The notes: a model not told the origin generated them from the sequence alone. Numbered from the stretch's first letter, positions 9,970 to 20,161 are shown. The stretch is DNA of 64,000 bases from Chloroflexota bacterium (GCA_964291655.2 OZ219802.1:1376001-1440000), one strand, 5' to 3'. Numbers and translations: made by a program.

Positions 9970-10168
9970 TGCCTGTATCCGGCCGAACCGGGCCGAGAGA
10001 AGCGTACAAAGAGACTCCTCCATGCTCGCACAAGAGTCCGCCCGCGACCATAGCCACAAACGCTGATCATTCCGTAATGAGCGGGCCGGGGGGCGGTTTC
10101 ACGTCATTAGGAGAGTACGAGCGGCGTAGGGGCGGTCTTGCAAGTGATGTAGAGGAAATACGGACGTT

Positions 10169-10912
10169 CTAGCAAGCGATCGCTTGCGGCAACTCGGCCA
10201 TGTTGGCAATGACATCTTGGCAAGCGTGGGCAGTGAAATCTGCCTGTGTGGTGACGCCGGAAAGCACGGCGATGAAGGGGACCCGAGCGCGCTGCGCGGC
10301 CTTGGCGTCGGTCACGCTATCCCCAACGTAGCAGGTGTTCGCCGGTACGCCCCCCAGCGCCGACATGGCAGCGAGCAGTCCCTCGGGGTCCGGTTTGGAG
10401 GCAATGACGTCTTCTCTCCCTACAACCACGTCGAATTCCGCACGCAGGTCCTCGCGCTCCAATATCTGCTCGATGCGGTAGCGGAACTTGGAGGAAACGA
10501 TGCCCAGCGCATAGCCGCGCCGCCGCAGTGCGCATATGGCCGCGGCGACGTGGGGGAGGATTACCGTTTGGTCGGCCATGATGGCGTCCGCCTGCACGAT
10601 GAAGAGGCGGTCGAAGGCTTTGCTGGCGTCTGCGACGGGGTCGGCGTCTGCGACGGGGTCGGCGTCTGCGACGGGGTCGGCGTCTACGACGGGGTCGGCC
10701 GCAGCAAACCGGTCTGACGGCAGGCTCTTGCCAACGATGTAGGCGAAAGCGTCCTTAAGTGTGAGACCGATGGTCTGGCGAATGAGATCCGGCGGCGCGG
10801 CAGGCAACCCAAGCGCTGTCAACGCTGAATTCGTACTCGCAATCACGCCGGTGGAAGAGTCCGCCAGCGTGTAGTCGAAGTCAAACAAGATAGTCTGAAA
10901 GTGAGAAGGCAA
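10169..10912 (-). CDS. HAD-family hydrolase (phosphoglycolate phosphatase-like) with a 6-aa tandem insertion
   Basis: FDFDYTL motif I, KPDP, YVGDS..D. Confidence 0.9.
   Translation of the reverse strand: MPSHFQTILFDFDYTLADSSTGVIASTNSALTALGLPAAPPDLIRQTIGLTLKDAFAYIVGKSLPSDRFAAADPVVDADPVADADPVADADPVADASKAFDRLFIVQADAIMADQTVILPHVAAAICALRRRGYALGIVSSKFRYRIEQILEREDLRAEFDVVVGREDVIASKPDPEGLLAAMSALGGVPANTCYVGDSVTDAKAAQRARVPFIAVLSGVTTQADFTAHACQDVIANMAELPQAIAC
10625..10699. repeat. 4 x 18-bp in-frame tandem repeat (ADPV[A/V]D) inside the HAD gene
   Basis: GGCGTCTGCGACGGGGTC x3 plus GGCGTCTACGACGGGGTC. Confidence 0.95.
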
Positions 10913-10962
10913 AATTCTGCCGAAGAATGTATGAGGGTTTCAGAAATACTCTTGGGGCAAAC

Positions 10963-11538
10963 TTAAGTGCTAGTACCGGCAAGATGTAGAATCTCAAGAT
11001 TGCTGGGCGACGCCCCTTCTGCTCGCTTGAAGTCTGAGTCGGCAGTTACGAATGTCCCCGCGTGCGCCTCTGCGAGGGCGAGGTGAAGCGCATCATCAGG
11101 GGTAAACTCAAGGTCGCGCATATAGCGGATTGCCGCTGAGGTCATTGCTGGAGCGAAGGTCTTGCTATTCGGAACTACTTCTACCGGATGACCGGCTTCC
11201 TTCCAATCGTGTATCGCTAGCGCGACGCCTTCAATCCAGTCGCTGTGCTTTTCGAATGCCGCTGCCCTATGTCTGCGAAATGCGCTCCTTGAAAATTGAG
11301 AACCGGGCCTTTGCCTATTGATCGCGCGGTAGGATACCCTGAACATCGCCCACCACGCTTCTTGCAATGAGATCATAGACACAAGGATTGGCGCACCGGC
11401 AACGAGCAACTCTCCAACGACGCCATCACAACTCTTGTAAAGGTGATGGCTACTAGCAACGTATCCAACAAGCACGTTTGCGTCTAAGTAAACGGGCAAC
11501 CGAAACGAATGACCCGGCTGCCAGCGCCTTACGAGCAT
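10963..11538 (-). CDS. PIN-domain (VapC-like) ribonuclease
   Basis: YLDANV, SLQEA, PDDALHLALA, FVTADSDF: all four acidic PIN residues present. Confidence 0.85.
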   Translation of the reverse strand: MLVRRWQPGHSFRLPVYLDANVLVGYVASSHHLYKSCDGVVGELLVAGAPILVSMISLQEAWWAMFRVSYRAINRQRPGSQFSRSAFRRHRAAAFEKHSDWIEGVALAIHDWKEAGHPVEVVPNSKTFAPAMTSAAIRYMRDLEFTPDDALHLALAEAHAGTFVTADSDFKRAEGASPSNLEILHLAGTST

Positions 11539-11539
11539 T

Positions 11540-11899
11540 CTAGAAATCCGGAAGCGTGGTGAGTTCTACAACATCGAATCCAGGTGAGCCGGGAACAACA
11601 CCCATGTGCCGTACAAATGCCGTGAACAGTTTCGGCGTCATTCGCTGACGGTAGTAATCGAGGTCGACCTCGGCAAACCGCCGCTGGAATTCAGATTTCT
11701 TTACATAGAAGTCTGGTGCAACCTTGATCCATGGCTCTTCATGGGCCGATGGCTTCTCTTGTACATCTCTTCTATACGGGGCCCCACTTAACCACTGGAA
11801 TTTCTCATTGTCTGGATTCTTGGGAGAAAAGACATTTACTATTGCGCCGCTCTGATCGGTAGCTTCTCTATCAAGTGCTATGCTGAAATCTGTAGACAT
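11540..11899 (-). CDS. unknown 119-aa protein, candidate antitoxin
   Basis: ATG overlaps the upstream stop (TGATG); stop is 1 nt before the PIN ATG. Confidence 0.7.
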   Translation of the reverse strand: MSTDFSIALDREATDQSGAIVNVFSPKNPDNEKFQWLSGAPYRRDVQEKPSAHEEPWIKVAPDFYVKKSEFQRRFAEVDLDYYRQRMTPKLFTAFVRHMGVVPGSPGFDVVELTTLPDF

Positions 11900-12576
11900 C
11901 ACCCACCTGCAGTCTTAGTAAGATCCGATTGCACGATTTGTATTGCGGACTCTTGCCACGAACGAGCGTCCGCAAGGACAATTCCTAGTTCCTGAGAAGT
12001 GTATTTCATCTCAACATTCCACTGAAACCCTAAACCCATGAATAGGAACAGATCTGGTGTCGATTCCCTCTCCCAGCGAAGAAAGTTTGTTTGCAGTTCC
12101 TTAGGTTCCATTGGACCAAGCTGAACGTGTCTAATCACATGACCTTCGTCCTGTTCGAATGTTAAGCCAAGATCGGTTGCGTGTTCAATTAGGGCGGTAT
12201 TTTGGAGATACGCCCGCTGAAAGTACGAACAGAGTTCGTGAAACGATAGTCCGTAGGGCTCAATGTACATAGAGTCTACACGCACTTTTTCAATCGTTGG
12301 AAAGGAAGAAACATCATTCAGCTCAGAGAATGCCTGCAAGGCATTCTGTAAGACCATTTCGTTTGTTCTATCCCCTTCCTGCTCGAAAGAGAACCCACGC
12401 ATTTGGAAGCCGATGCGCTGCCTATTTTCCTCATTCTCAAAGTACGTGGACTCTCCCTTTAGTTCAACGTTCTCACTACCGCTCGCTACGCGGAACAACC
12501 CACGTACTTCCAGCCAAGGCTGCAAGGGTTCTGAGAACTCCAGACGGATAACTGTTCTTACAAGCTCTACAGCCAT
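11899..12576 (-). CDS. hypothetical protein resembling the TIGR04255 family
   Basis: N-terminal VELVRTVIRLEF strand, mid IEKVRVDSMY strand and C-terminal helix layout resemble TIGR04255; lower GC than flanks. Confidence 0.55.
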   Translation of the reverse strand: MAVELVRTVIRLEFSEPLQPWLEVRGLFRVASGSENVELKGESTYFENEENRQRIGFQMRGFSFEQEGDRTNEMVLQNALQAFSELNDVSSFPTIEKVRVDSMYIEPYGLSFHELCSYFQRAYLQNTALIEHATDLGLTFEQDEGHVIRHVQLGPMEPKELQTNFLRWERESTPDLFLFMGLGFQWNVEMKYTSQELGIVLADARSWQESAIQIVQSDLTKTAGG

Positions 12577-12921
12577 TTTCTTTTCATCAACTGCATCCGG
12601 GTTTCCGCAACTCAAATCTCAGACATCGACCATTCTATAGGCCAATTATACTAATTTGGTGCGGTTAGCAGCGCAAGTAGAGAAAATATGCGAATAGCGA
12701 CTCGCCATATCACCTATGCCGAATCCAGCCCTTTGAACTCTAGTGTCATCCTACATTAACCAGTTACAGTTGAGCTCTTGCAAGAGCCGCACAAGATTCG
12801 CACTGAGGGAAAGTGGTCTTTCTTTGAGACGAGAGTGGCTAGAGAAGTGAGATTACAAACTCTCAATTCTGTCCAAAGAACTCAAGAGCTGCTGTCAGAA
12901 TTCGTTGAGGTACGTGAAGAA

Positions 12922-14298
12922 CTACGAGGACTGGGGAGTCGGTGTGGCTTGCACGGACTGGAGTTGCATGCGAATGGCGTCGTGGGTATCGGCGGCGGCT
13001 TGTCGGGCGGAGGACTGACCGGTAAGAACGGGGAAGACGAGCGATGCGAGGATGACAAAGGCGAGCCATTCCGGAGCGTCTGCGTCGATGTACTGACTCT
13101 GCTCCATACTATCTACCAGCACGACCGAGTCATTGACCGTAAGCGTCTGGTGCACGGTACGCAATGTCTCCGCGTCCACGCGAAAAGCCGGCATACTGAG
13201 AATCAAGGAAGCTGCCTGCAAGAGTGGATCCAGCACCTCGTAGGCGGCGTCCGGCTGGTTGCTCTCCTGCGCCACGCCAACCATGTGCGCCGCCATGCCC
13301 CAGGTCGCCGCACCGTTGCCGCGAGGCATTTCGACGAGTTCGAGCGACGCGCGTCCCGGCCCCCGCCAAAAGACTTCCGCGTTCACCATGCCCCCCGCCA
13401 TGGCAATTTGGCCGGAGAGTATCATGTCTTCGGCCTTGTCAGTGAGGCTGATTGTCAGGTTGTCCGTGCGGTAGTCCACGATGTCGAGGGGCGGAGCTAC
13501 CCCATGGTGCAGTATCAGATTCGCCTGGAACTGCAGCGCTTCAATGACCCCGGGATGCGTAACATCCCAGTTGCGGTCTTGAAAGAGGGTGCTCCCTTCC
13601 TGCCACGCCATGGCAAAGAACGGCGGGATGAGCGGCGCCTGCAAAGTGCCCCAGACCCGCGGGGTGGCTGTCGGGTCGTTGAGCGCCTGCGCCAAGGTCA
13701 AGAAGTCCTGCCAATTCCAGTTCTCTTCCGGTAACGGGGTGCTCGTCTGTGAAAAAAGCGCCGGGTTGTACAAGAGCGTACAAACCGACGCCGCGAGAGG
13801 GAGAGCGTGCAGCGTGCCACGGTTGGCGCCGCTACTCAGGATGTGCGGCCAGAATGTATCAGTAGAGAAATCTATGTCACGACGCGTAAACTCGCCAAGC
13901 GGGCGCGTCACGCCTTGCTGTGCCAGAGTTGGCAATGCGAACTGGTCCATCCAAACGAGATCGGGACGGATTCCGGCAGCTGTCAGCGCGGTGACGGCTT
14001 CAGAGTACGTCTGGCCGCCCGTAGGCCGCAGCGCAACCGGGTCAACCGTATACTGTTCGGCAAAGGTCACTTCCTCAAGCACCGCCCCTAACTCGCGGGT
14101 CTGGCTGCCTGAGGCATCGGGCAAAATGATGGTCAGCGTCGTCGGAGGGCTGACCGCCGCAGATTCCTCCGATTCCTCTTCAGATCTTGATCTCCCCGGC
14201 AACAATGACCCACACGCGGCAGCGGCAACAGGAACGAAGGGTGCTAAGAACAATAAATTTCGTCGCGTCACTGCGATCTTCCCTTCGAGCGGCCGCAA
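12922..14298 (-). CDS. ABC sugar-type extracellular solute-binding lipoprotein (family 1)
   Basis: Tat-like TRRNLL...AAAC lipobox, PDLVW, LLYNPALF, WNWQDF. Confidence 0.85.
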   Translation of the reverse strand: MRPLEGKIAVTRRNLLFLAPFVPVAAAACGSLLPGRSRSEEESEESAAVSPPTTLTIILPDASGSQTRELGAVLEEVTFAEQYTVDPVALRPTGGQTYSEAVTALTAAGIRPDLVWMDQFALPTLAQQGVTRPLGEFTRRDIDFSTDTFWPHILSSGANRGTLHALPLAASVCTLLYNPALFSQTSTPLPEENWNWQDFLTLAQALNDPTATPRVWGTLQAPLIPPFFAMAWQEGSTLFQDRNWDVTHPGVIEALQFQANLILHHGVAPPLDIVDYRTDNLTISLTDKAEDMILSGQIAMAGGMVNAEVFWRGPGRASLELVEMPRGNGAATWGMAAHMVGVAQESNQPDAAYEVLDPLLQAASLILSMPAFRVDAETLRTVHQTLTVNDSVVLVDSMEQSQYIDADAPEWLAFVILASLVFPVLTGQSSARQAAADTHDAIRMQLQSVQATPTPQSS

Positions 14299-14639
14299 GT
14301 CTCTTTACGTAAATTCGATTTCTTCTCAGCCTGCGGGATGCATTCGAGGAAAGTACGCCGCCGGTCACCGCTAATTCTCATCGTTGTGCTACGCTCTCGT
14401 CTATTTCTCGTCTACTCCGAACAACCTGCCGCGCTATGGGTGTAATGCTATCTTCTAGAATGCTAGACAAAGCTGGGAATAACCTGAGATTCTTGCGCAT
14501 TACAGTGCATATGTCGGCTCAAGTCGCACAATGAAGCAATCCATCTCCACCGCCAACCCGTGTAGCGGCACAAAGGAAGCCATTCCGTCTCATTAATCCT
14601 ATCACGCAGGCGAAGCTGTTTATAGGCGGACGACCAAGG

Positions 14640-15914
14640 CTAGACCTCGCGGGCGGCAATATCCTTGCGATAATAGCCATTCTCAAACGCGATGCGCTCG
14701 ATGTTGTCATAGGCGCGCGCCCGCGCTGTGGGCACGTTTGCGGCTTGCCCTACTGCTAGAAGCACACGGCCTCCCGCAGTGACAACCGCATCGTCTAACA
14801 GATCGGTGCCGGCATGGAAGAGCAACACGTCGTCGTCAAGCGTATCAAGTCCCGCAATGGAGTGGCCGGTGGTGTATGAGCCGGGATAGCCGCCGGAGGC
14901 GACCACCACGCCGCACGTGGCGGCGGGGTCCCACGTGACATCCACCTCCGCGAGCCGTCCCTCCACCGCAGCCTGAAACACCGCCACCAGATCGGCCTGC
15001 AGGCGCGGCAGGATGAGCTGCGCTTCAGGATCGCCGAGCCGCACGTTAAACTCGACAATGCGCGGGCCGTCGTTGGTCAGCATGAGCTGCCCGTAGAGCA
15101 CGCCCACGTACGGATGCCCTTCCTGCGCCATGAGCGTAACGGTGCGCTCCATGATCTCGTGATGAATGTAGTCCAGAGTCTCGGGGTCCACGAACGGCGC
15201 GGGAGAATAGCCACCCATGCCGCCGGTGTTGGGGCCCTCATCGCCGTCGAAGGCGCGCTTGTAGTCGCAGGCGGTGACGAGCGGTGTGATGTGGGTGCCG
15301 TCTGCGAAGGCGAAGACTGAAATCTCCGTGCCGCGCAGGCACTCTTCGATCACGATGCTGTCGCCGGATGCGCCGAATGCGTGCGCTTCCATTATGGTGT
15401 TTAGGGCTGCCAGTGCCTCGTCACGCGTTGCGCACACGAAAACGCCCTTACCGGCGGTCAAACCGTCGGGTTTGAGCACGACCGGTACGGGCGCTTGCTC
15501 TAGATAGGCCGCCGCGGCGTCCCGCTCAGTAAAGGTGGCAAAGTCGGCGGTGGGCAGACCATGCCGTTGCATGAAATCCTTGGACCAGACCTTGCTCCAC
15601 TCCAGTCTTGCCGCCGCCTGCGTAGGGCCAAATGCGGTCTGGCCCGCGGCTTGCAAGGCATCAACTGCGCCCAGCGCCAGGGGATCATCCTGCGCGACTA
15701 CGGTGAGGTCAATGGCATTTGCCGCTACCCAAGCGACCAGGGCATCTATATCAGTGGCTTCGATTGGGACGTTCTCAGCAAGAGAGGCAGTACCGGCATT
15801 GCCCGGGGCGACAAAAAGGGCCGGCTTAAGCGGACTCTGCGCGCACTTCCACGCGATGGCGTGCTCGCGTCCGCCTCCACCGACGATCAGAATGCGCATT
15901 GGATACTCACTCAA
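14640..15914 (-). CDS. purD: phosphoribosylamine-glycine ligase
   Basis: ILIVGGGGREHA, APGNAG, GLTAGKGV, GPNTGGMG, EFNVRLGDPE. Confidence 0.98.
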   Translation of the reverse strand: MSEYPMRILIVGGGGREHAIAWKCAQSPLKPALFVAPGNAGTASLAENVPIEATDIDALVAWVAANAIDLTVVAQDDPLALGAVDALQAAGQTAFGPTQAAARLEWSKVWSKDFMQRHGLPTADFATFTERDAAAAYLEQAPVPVVLKPDGLTAGKGVFVCATRDEALAALNTIMEAHAFGASGDSIVIEECLRGTEISVFAFADGTHITPLVTACDYKRAFDGDEGPNTGGMGGYSPAPFVDPETLDYIHHEIMERTVTLMAQEGHPYVGVLYGQLMLTNDGPRIVEFNVRLGDPEAQLILPRLQADLVAVFQAAVEGRLAEVDVTWDPAATCGVVVASGGYPGSYTTGHSIAGLDTLDDDVLLFHAGTDLLDDAVVTAGGRVLLAVGQAANVPTARARAYDNIERIAFENGYYRKDIAAREV

Positions 15915-16008
15915 TCGGCACTAAAGGCTGACCACACTTTGGAAAATTGGCGGCACGTACCGACTCTAGAATAAGACAGGTAAGACAGAAATGCTCTCAG
16001 AATTCACG

Positions 16009-18060
16009 CTATCTAAGGGCCCTATTAATGGTGGCAATGAGTTTCTTCCACTGAGAACGCTCCTCATCAGTAAGATTCGCTGCCTCATGTTCCTTTGCCC
16101 AACGAAGATAAGCTTTCGCGAGCCGATACTTGGAGAAGTCCTTTTTGCCAATCTTATCAACGAAAACATCAACTACAGGCCTTTCTGGTTGTCGATTGGC
16201 AGCAGCCTCGATGTCCCAACATAGATCTTCCTTCGCTACACAAATGAGAGTGTCTCTTAGGAGATCTTCAATCTCTGGCCACTTGACCACTCCCAAGTAA
16301 GCGTCTGCTGTTCTGAGAATGTTCCTATTGCCCAAGGTATGAATTAGAGTCTCGACCTCGGCAGCTGAATTTCCAGCTGCATCAGAGTCCAGAAGAGCTG
16401 CTACTTTTAGATTGTTCGCATGCAGAATTGTGGCGAAATAGACAACTTTACCTGCGTCACCTGCCGGTACTAGCGAAATCCTGTCGTTAAGGGTTACCTC
16501 TCCTGCCGCATTCAAAAGAGCTGCAGTGGCTTCAACATACCAATAGTCTGTGAGGCCCTCGAGTACCAGATTTCGCTGCTGAGTAAACAGGCTCTGAGCA
16601 AGGTCATAGCCGAGAGCTTCCTGGAGAGGAAGAAGTGCCGTTGAGTCTCTTGCTGCTATTGTTGTGTGGACCTTCGTTCCTTTTTCTCTAGTCCTCATTT
16701 CCACAACTCGAACTAAATCAAGTTCATCCGGCCCAACCATAAACGGCGAATGCGTAGTGTACAAGATTTGGTTGCTCTCAGATAAGCGAGAGACGGTGGT
16801 GCGAAACTCGCGCTGCTTTAGGCCATGGAGACTTAGCCCCGGTTCATCTAGCAGCAAGATAGAATTCTGGTGACGATCAGCTGCTTCAGCAAAGAATACA
16901 ACGAAGAATGAAACTAGCCACTGGTAGCCTTCGGACCTCTGGTCGAGTTCGACTTCCGCGTCCAAGTCATCCTCTACAACTACCTTTAGGTACTGCTGGT
17001 CGGCTACCACTCGCAACTCGTCAGCTTCGGCCTTATCTGGATCGGGCTGCCAAACCTTGTTTATGCTATCAGTTAGCTCCCGACTCGCGGCACTAAGTCG
17101 GTACCTTCGTCTATCAAGCTGATCTTGGTACGCTTTTAGGCTGGCTTCGTCACCAGGATCGGGCTCAACCGCATTGCCGAGGTCGGAGAGTTCGCGTGCA
17201 CTGAAACCAAGAAGCTTGAGGAGGCATTCATTTCCTCTATCATACTCGTCGCCTTCTAAGATGTTTCCCTCTAATCGGTCAGCTAGAAGGCTGAGGTGGA
17301 TTCTTGCTCGGACTCTAAAGTAGTTCGAGAAGTATACGAAGATCGGCGTATTCTCATCGAGATATTTCAGTGCTTCATCAATCCTCTCGGATATCTCAAT
17401 TGCCTCACTTATCCTGTCAATGCGGTTCTGCTCGGCCTCATTGTCCTCGTCAACTAAATGCCATACACTGTCTAGCCACTGCCTGAAGGAAACAGCTCGT
17501 TCACCAGATATTTCGGTCGTGTTTTTCCAATCCCCAGTTATGGCATTTAACGTCTGACGATGAGTCCCTTCGGATTCTGATTCGGGGCCCTCAGGTACCT
17601 GTAAGTCAATGTGCGACGCTAGTCTCAAGAGGTCGCTCTTGATTTTTTGATATGTTGCAAATTTTGGGCCGCCCCTAATGCTATGCCATGAACTGTTGTC
17701 GAGACGACGCTCAACAACATAGATGCAGCCTGCAAGAAGTGCATCAATCTGCTTAACTGCCTCATCTTCAGCTTCGTCAAGACTAAATTCCGCCTCAACT
17801 ACTGTTATCTGATCTGGCCTTATGCTCCCTCGGCTAGTATCATCGAGGTCTAGCTTGCTTAGCTCCGATCTCGGGAAGTCCCGGAGTGGATCAAATCCAT
17901 TTACCTCTTCAGGAGGATTGATCTGTTGCAGCGCCCTGAGTAGAACGGTCTTACCCGCCTCATTTGGGCCAACCAAGATAGTTTTGTCTGGCTCGATTTC
18001 AATCCATCCAGAGTCACGAATACTACGGTAGTTCTGCACTCGAGCTCTTAGTAGTTTCAC
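16009..18060 (-). CDS. OLD-family ATP-dependent endonuclease (ABC/AAA_15 ATPase + TOPRIM)
   Basis: QNYRSI, Walker A GPNEAGKT, RSEG signature, LLLDEP, TTHSP; TOPRIM LVLEGLTD, LLDSD, EIED; lower GC. Confidence 0.85.
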   Translation of the reverse strand: MKLLRARVQNYRSIRDSGWIEIEPDKTILVGPNEAGKTVLLRALQQINPPEEVNGFDPLRDFPRSELSKLDLDDTSRGSIRPDQITVVEAEFSLDEAEDEAVKQIDALLAGCIYVVERRLDNSSWHSIRGGPKFATYQKIKSDLLRLASHIDLQVPEGPESESEGTHRQTLNAITGDWKNTTEISGERAVSFRQWLDSVWHLVDEDNEAEQNRIDRISEAIEISERIDEALKYLDENTPIFVYFSNYFRVRARIHLSLLADRLEGNILEGDEYDRGNECLLKLLGFSARELSDLGNAVEPDPGDEASLKAYQDQLDRRRYRLSAASRELTDSINKVWQPDPDKAEADELRVVADQQYLKVVVEDDLDAEVELDQRSEGYQWLVSFFVVFFAEAADRHQNSILLLDEPGLSLHGLKQREFRTTVSRLSESNQILYTTHSPFMVGPDELDLVRVVEMRTREKGTKVHTTIAARDSTALLPLQEALGYDLAQSLFTQQRNLVLEGLTDYWYVEATAALLNAAGEVTLNDRISLVPAGDAGKVVYFATILHANNLKVAALLDSDAAGNSAAEVETLIHTLGNRNILRTADAYLGVVKWPEIEDLLRDTLICVAKEDLCWDIEAAANRQPERPVVDVFVDKIGKKDFSKYRLAKAYLRWAKEHEAANLTDEERSQWKKLIATINRALR

Positions 18061-18064
18061 GCCG

Positions 18065-18349
18065 CTACAATCCAATCTGAAGTGAAAGCATGTTATGTCG
18101 CGGATGCAGTTGGCCCAACGTCATTACTCGATTAATTGGGCGAGCACCAATGTACAGAATGGCTACGAGATTCAGGCGCCGCTGCCTAGCTTCGCGATAC
18201 ACCTCATCGCGGCTCTCGCAATGGAAGAGCACGGCACCGCGAACTACCTCATTCATGGGAGTCAGTTCTGGTTCGTCAATCAGCACCCATTCCCCGTCGA
18301 ATGCCGCCTCAATCTCTGCATAGGTCATTACTTTCGCTTGCGTCTTCAT
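18065..18349 (-). CDS. small DUF5678-like protein
   Basis: MTYAEIEAAFDGEWVLI...G.VLFH...RDEVY...ILYIG pattern; GGAGG RBS. Confidence 0.7.
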   Translation of the reverse strand: MKTQAKVMTYAEIEAAFDGEWVLIDEPELTPMNEVVRGAVLFHCESRDEVYREARQRRLNLVAILYIGARPINRVMTLGQLHPRHNMLSLQIGL

Positions 18350-18677
18350 GTCACAGTTGCCTCCCCAACGGTATCACCTAAATGCTACCAGATAGAACTC
18401 AGCTTGCGCGATGGCGAACGTGATGCAAATCCAATGTCGTCGTTGCAGAAGGCACCGCAGTTTCCGTGCAAGACTCAGCTATCGCCCAACCTGTACACCG
18501 CCGCAGGGAGAATAGGGAAGGAATGCAACTGAAAGTAATGACTCCTACCCCGCGTTCATGCGGCGGCCCTGCGTTTCGCTTCGGTCAGCCAATTTCAGCT
18601 CGTACGGATAACTCAGTCTGTCTTGCGGCAACGGTTCGTGCCCACGACTATCGAGAGGATTTTGCTTGGTCAGGCAG

Positions 18678-18707
18678 TTGACACCTCTGATCTATGCTCG
18701 TTATAAC
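18678..18707 (+). promoter_or_regulatory. sigma70-type promoter for the downstream solute-binding protein gene
   Basis: TTGACA-N18-TATAAC. Confidence 0.6.
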
Positions 18708-18750
18708 TAGGGCAGAACGTGTGCTTCTCTGCGGACAAGGAGGACGAGCG

Positions 18751-20124
18751 ATGAATGAGTTGTTTACGCGACGTACTTTCTTAGCCGGCACGACATTGGT
18801 CGGAGCGGGCGCACTCGCTGCGGCGTGCGGACAACCCGCGCCGGCGATGGAAGAGCAGGAGATGGCGCCGGAACAAAAGGAAGAGGCCAAGGCGGAGGCC
18901 GAAGCGCCCAGCGGCCCCCAGGGCGAGGCGCTCTACTGGCACCGCGGTTTCTTTGACTTCGAGCCATGGGCCAAGGAATTTGCAGAGCAAAATCCCGGTC
19001 TGACGTTCAATGCCGTGGGTGAAGCCGACCGCCTGAACAAATTCGTCGCGGCCGTGGCGGCGGGCAGCCCGCCCGATGCCGTGGACGTGGGCGACTGGCA
19101 GACCGTTGAGCTTGGCGTCACGGACATTTCGCAGCCGCTGAATAACTACTACAAAGCCTCGGGTGTGCTAAACCTCGCCGAATTTTGGCCCAGCGTGTTG
19201 AGCTACCTCACCGACGCGCCCACGGGTAACTTGTACGGTGCGCCGTATGCGCCGGACCTGCGCGTGATGTACATCCACGGGGATACCTATCTTGAAGTCG
19301 GCCTGGACCCCGAGAATCCGCCGTCGAGCTGGTCCGACTTCGACACCGCCATCATCCAAACCACGAAGTTTGATGGTGACACGTTGGTGCGCGCCGGGTG
19401 CCCGCCCTTTTGGGGTAGCGGCGGTACCGGACTGTGGCTGCTGCTGCTCTGGCAGTTAGGCGGCGACGTGATGGCCGACGACTGGTCGAAGGTCACCATC
19501 AATAGCCAAGAAGCAGTGCGCGCCTTGGACTGGCTGAAGAACATCCACGAAGTGCAGGGCGGTTGGGACGCGATTGCTCAATTGCGCGGCGACGGCCTCC
19601 ATCGCAACAGCCACCTGGCTGAGGCCCGCGCGGTGCACTACTACGCAACCTTTGCCGAGCGCGGCCAGTGGTTCAAAGAAAACGCGCCGGACTTGAACTT
19701 CGGCTTCACGCCATGGCCCAAGCCGGAAGGCGGCAAGGACGCCAACCTCGGCGGCAACCACACCGCCACGTTTGCTGTCAACGCGCCAAACCCGGACGCG
19801 ATGTTCAGTTGGTTTGAGTACTTCTTGAGTCCCGATACGAACCTGCGCTTTGCCAAGCAGTACGACCGCGTGCCGGTGCGCGAGGCCTCAACGTCCTCGC
19901 TGGAGTACACGGAGAACGACCCGTTCCGCGAACTGATCGCGCAGCAGATGCCGTTCCGTCACTTCTACTATTCCGGGCCTGGCGCTACCGAAGCGCGCGA
20001 CCACGCGCGGAACTTCGTGCCCGACGTAATGGCGGGCACCATCACCGCGCCGGAGGCGCTTGAAGCCGCTGAGAAAGGAATCACGGAACTGCTGGCCGGC
20101 TGGAACGAGCGGCTGGGTCGGTAG
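18751..20124 (+). CDS. ABC sugar-type extracellular solute-binding lipoprotein (Tat signal)
   Basis: TRRTFL...LAAAC, AAGSPPD, YGAPY, GLDPENPPSSW; AGGAGG RBS. Confidence 0.9.
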   Translation: MNELFTRRTFLAGTTLVGAGALAAACGQPAPAMEEQEMAPEQKEEAKAEAEAPSGPQGEALYWHRGFFDFEPWAKEFAEQNPGLTFNAVGEADRLNKFVAAVAAGSPPDAVDVGDWQTVELGVTDISQPLNNYYKASGVLNLAEFWPSVLSYLTDAPTGNLYGAPYAPDLRVMYIHGDTYLEVGLDPENPPSSWSDFDTAIIQTTKFDGDTLVRAGCPPFWGSGGTGLWLLLLWQLGGDVMADDWSKVTINSQEAVRALDWLKNIHEVQGGWDAIAQLRGDGLHRNSHLAEARAVHYYATFAERGQWFKENAPDLNFGFTPWPKPEGGKDANLGGNHTATFAVNAPNPDAMFSWFEYFLSPDTNLRFAKQYDRVPVREASTSSLEYTENDPFRELIAQQMPFRHFYYSGPGATEARDHARNFVPDVMAGTITAPEALEAAEKGITELLAGWNERLGR

Positions 20125-20161
20125 AACATCGTCACACTCTGCAATTTGGCTGTGCATAGGG

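Noticed and set aside
12778-13734. 318-aa plus-strand ORF (and similar long antisense ORFs at 31101, 33201, 43012, 56499)
   Set aside because: They overlap well-supported genes on the opposite strand and have Arg/His-rich shadow composition.
16009-18060. Gabija, PARIS or retron system call
   Set aside because: No GajB helicase, separate AriB or reverse transcriptase nearby; ATPase and TOPRIM are in one chain.
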